Shown here in pieces: positions 22,660-24,000 of a stretch of 24,000 nucleotides of DNA (positions within the stretch are counted from its first letter, which is position 1; every line of letters begins with the position of its first letter). Origin of the DNA: an uncultured Actinomycetota bacterium (GTDB taxonomy: Bacteria > Actinomycetota > Nitriliruptoria > Euzebyales > JAHELV01); assembly GCA_964450395.1 (NCBI GenBank), contig CAYVGE010000028.1, positions 1,816 through 25,815 of the forward strand, given 5' to 3'. The notes under the pieces are model-generated. The model was not told where the DNA came from. It did not search any database and saw only the letters and a program-made list of their open reading frames with translations. The position numbers and the translations under genes were made by a program.

Positions 22660-23556
22660 TCAGGCCAGCAGGCCGGCCGCCGGGAACGCCAGGTACTCGA
22701 CGTAGAACAGCGCCCACACGACCAGGTAGAAGCGGGCGACCGACGGGCGGTCCGCCAGGTCGACCCGCAGGCTGGCGACGAGCAGCACGACGAGCGCCGC
22801 GAGGTGCGTCAGCGCCAGCACGCCGCCGTGCAGCCCCGGGACGCCCACCAGGCCGGCGGCGATGATGCCGCAGTAGGCCAGCGCGAGGACGACCAGCCCG
22901 AGGATCAGGACGCGGCGTGGCCCCAGGCGCAGGGTCAGGGTGCTGACCCGGAAGCGGCGGTCGCCGTCCATGTCGGGGATGTCCTTGAACCACGCGATCG
23001 CCAGGCTCAGCGCCAGCACGATCGCCGTCAGCGCGACGATCACCGGGGGCAGTCCGGCGGGCGCGCCCGTCGCGGTGACGAAGTGCACGAACAGCAGCAC
23101 GTTGACCACCAGCCCGCGCACGCCGGCGATCGACAGCGCCGCCCACAGCGCGAACCGCTTCAGCCGCAGCGGCGGCAGCGAGTAGGCCGCGCCGACCGCG
23201 ATGCCGGCCAGGAACGCCGCCAGGGCCCACGGCCCCGCGACCAGCCCGAGGCCCAGGGCCAGCGTCAGCGACGCCCACACCAGCCGTCGGGCGGCGCGCA
23301 TCGACAGCGCGCCGGACGGTATCGGCAGCCACGGCTTGTTGACGCGGTCGATGTCGACGTCGGTCACCTGGTTCAGCCCGACGATGAACACGTTGGTCGC
23401 CAGGCTGCCGACGAGCACGGCGGCGACCTGGCCGGTGCCCGGCCAGGCGCCGGTCTGCAGCGTCGCGAGCAGGGCGAGCGCCATCACCGACAGGCTCGTG
23501 CCGATGATCGTGTGCGGTCGGCTGAAGGCCAGGAGGGTTCCCACGGTCGCCACCAT
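22660..23556 (-). CDS. UbiA-superfamily aromatic prenyltransferase, homogentisate phytyl/prenyltransferase-like
   Basis: 298 aa, polytopic. The first Asp-rich motif is LNQVTDVDIDRVNKPWLPIPSGALS. The second is AWFKDIPDMDGDRRFRVSTLTLRLG. Both resemble the NQxxDxxID..NKPxLPxxSG and KDIPDxxGD signatures of the HPT/VTE2-type enzymes rather than MenA/UbiA/ChlG. Confidence 0.85.
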   Translation of the reverse strand: MVATVGTLLAFSRPHTIIGTSLSVMALALLATLQTGAWPGTGQVAAVLVGSLATNVFIVGLNQVTDVDIDRVNKPWLPIPSGALSMRAARRLVWASLTLALGLGLVAGPWALAAFLAGIAVGAAYSLPPLRLKRFALWAALSIAGVRGLVVNVLLFVHFVTATGAPAGLPPVIVALTAIVLALSLAIAWFKDIPDMDGDRRFRVSTLTLRLGPRRVLILGLVVLALAYCGIIAAGLVGVPGLHGGVLALTHLAALVVLLVASLRVDLADRPSVARFYLVVWALFYVEYLAFPAAGLLA

Positions 23557-23622
23557 CCTGCCTCGCGCTGCCACCGCACACACGATGCGGGATCGGTGGG
23601 CGGCGTCCGTTACGGTGGGACG

Positions 23623-24000
23623 ATGCGTGCAGTCATCCTGGCGGGCGGCGGCGGCACGCGCCTCCGTCCCCTCACCAACACCATCCCCAAGCCCATGATC
23701 GAGTTCATGGCCAGGCCCTACGCGATCGGCCTGCTGCGCCGGCTGGCCGACGTCGGCGTGGACCGTCTCGATCTCCTGGTCGGCCAGGCGACCGACGCGT
23801 TCACCCCGCTGATCGAGGCGGGCCGCGACCTCGGCGTGGTCGTCGACGTCGCCTCGGAGGAGCGGCCGCTGGACACCGCCGGCGCCGCCCGACGACTGCT
23901 GCGCGACCCGGCGTGGACCGGGGACGCCATCGTGTGCAACGGCGACGTGCTGACCGACCTCGATCTCGCCCGGCTGCTGGCGGCTCACCGCGACGCGAAG
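23623..24000 (+). CDS. NDP-sugar pyrophosphorylase (mannose-1-phosphate guanylyltransferase-like), 5' part, truncated by the window end
   Basis: ATG 23623 follows GGTGGGA. MRAVILAGGGGTRLRPLTNTIPKPMIEF is the GxGTRLxPLTxxxPK nucleotidyltransferase signature. The frame stays open to base 24000. It is not in the supplied track because no stop lies in the window. Confidence 0.85.
   Translation, partial: MRAVILAGGGGTRLRPLTNTIPKPMIEFMARPYAIGLLRRLADVGVDRLDLLVGQATDAFTPLIEAGRDLGVVVDVASEERPLDTAGAARRLLRDPAWTGDAIVCNGDVLTDLDLARLLAAHRDAK

Noticed and set aside
22085-23581. The 498-aa ORF spans the DGPF gene, the spacer and the antisense-frame region of the prenyltransferase. Similar over-long upstream extensions occur on 22660-23988, 15782-16426, 19617-20678, 7461-7949 and 6964-7803.
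   Set aside because: Only the C-terminal portions have family motifs, high-quality RBS-start pairs and sensible composition. The upstream extensions are Arg/Pro/Gly-rich read-through across intergenic DNA or neighbouring genes.
1-24000. CRISPR arrays, IS elements or transposases, phage genes, and defence systems (RM, Abi, CBASS and similar).
   Set aside because: There are no regularly spaced repeats and no transposase, integrase or nuclease-helicase-type ORFs. All sizeable credible ORFs are accounted for by housekeeping or metabolic families. The only TA-like signal is the decayed phd-doc relic.

Overview
This is a very GC-rich, actinobacterial-type chromosome segment. GC3 is close to saturation in real genes, so the six-frame track is full of long shadow ORFs. 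I support 25 protein-coding genes, one of them cut by the window end, plus one tRNA and one decayed gene remnant.

The window reads in four parts:

1. **1-8.7 kb, minus strand.** This is the conserved actinobacterial glycine-cleavage / GarA neighbourhood, which I recognise from the M. tuberculosis Rv1832-Rv1822 region. In gene order on the minus strand (descending coordinates) it holds a CDP-alcohol phosphatidyltransferase, gcvH, a GarA/OdhI-like FHA protein, a MerR (Rv1828/FtsR-like) regulator, an inserted DD-carboxypeptidase, a DUF151 nuclease, a MerR (Rv1830-like) regulator, gcvPA and gcvPB. The P-protein here is the split two-subunit type, and the GarA homologue carries an N-terminal zinc ribbon.
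2. **8.7-9.5 kb.** tRNA-Pro(GGG) is followed by what looks like a decayed phd-doc toxin-antitoxin relic.
3. **9.5-14.3 kb, plus strand.** A complete, unfused oleA-oleB-oleC-oleD cluster for head-to-head olefin / beta-lactone-intermediate biosynthesis.
4. **14.3-24 kb.** This part holds:
   - a fruR-fruK-EIIA-EIIBC fructose PTS operon;
   - an aldehyde dehydrogenase;
   - a GAF-ANTAR regulator;
   - a DGPF/YciI gene followed by an ECF42-type sigma factor with its characteristic promoter motif;
   - a homogentisate-prenyltransferase-like UbiA enzyme;
   - the 5' part of an NDP-sugar pyrophosphorylase.

I see no CRISPR array, no intact mobile element and no recognisable defence system. Nothing here is convincingly a brand-new system. 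The most interesting items are:
- the tRNA-adjacent ole cluster;
- the HPT-like prenyltransferase with no pathway partners in view;
- the Zn-ribbon GarA variant;
- several strong palindromes (7-39, 9393-9426, 18009-18072).

All homology statements come from motif recognition by eye and memory. No searches were run.
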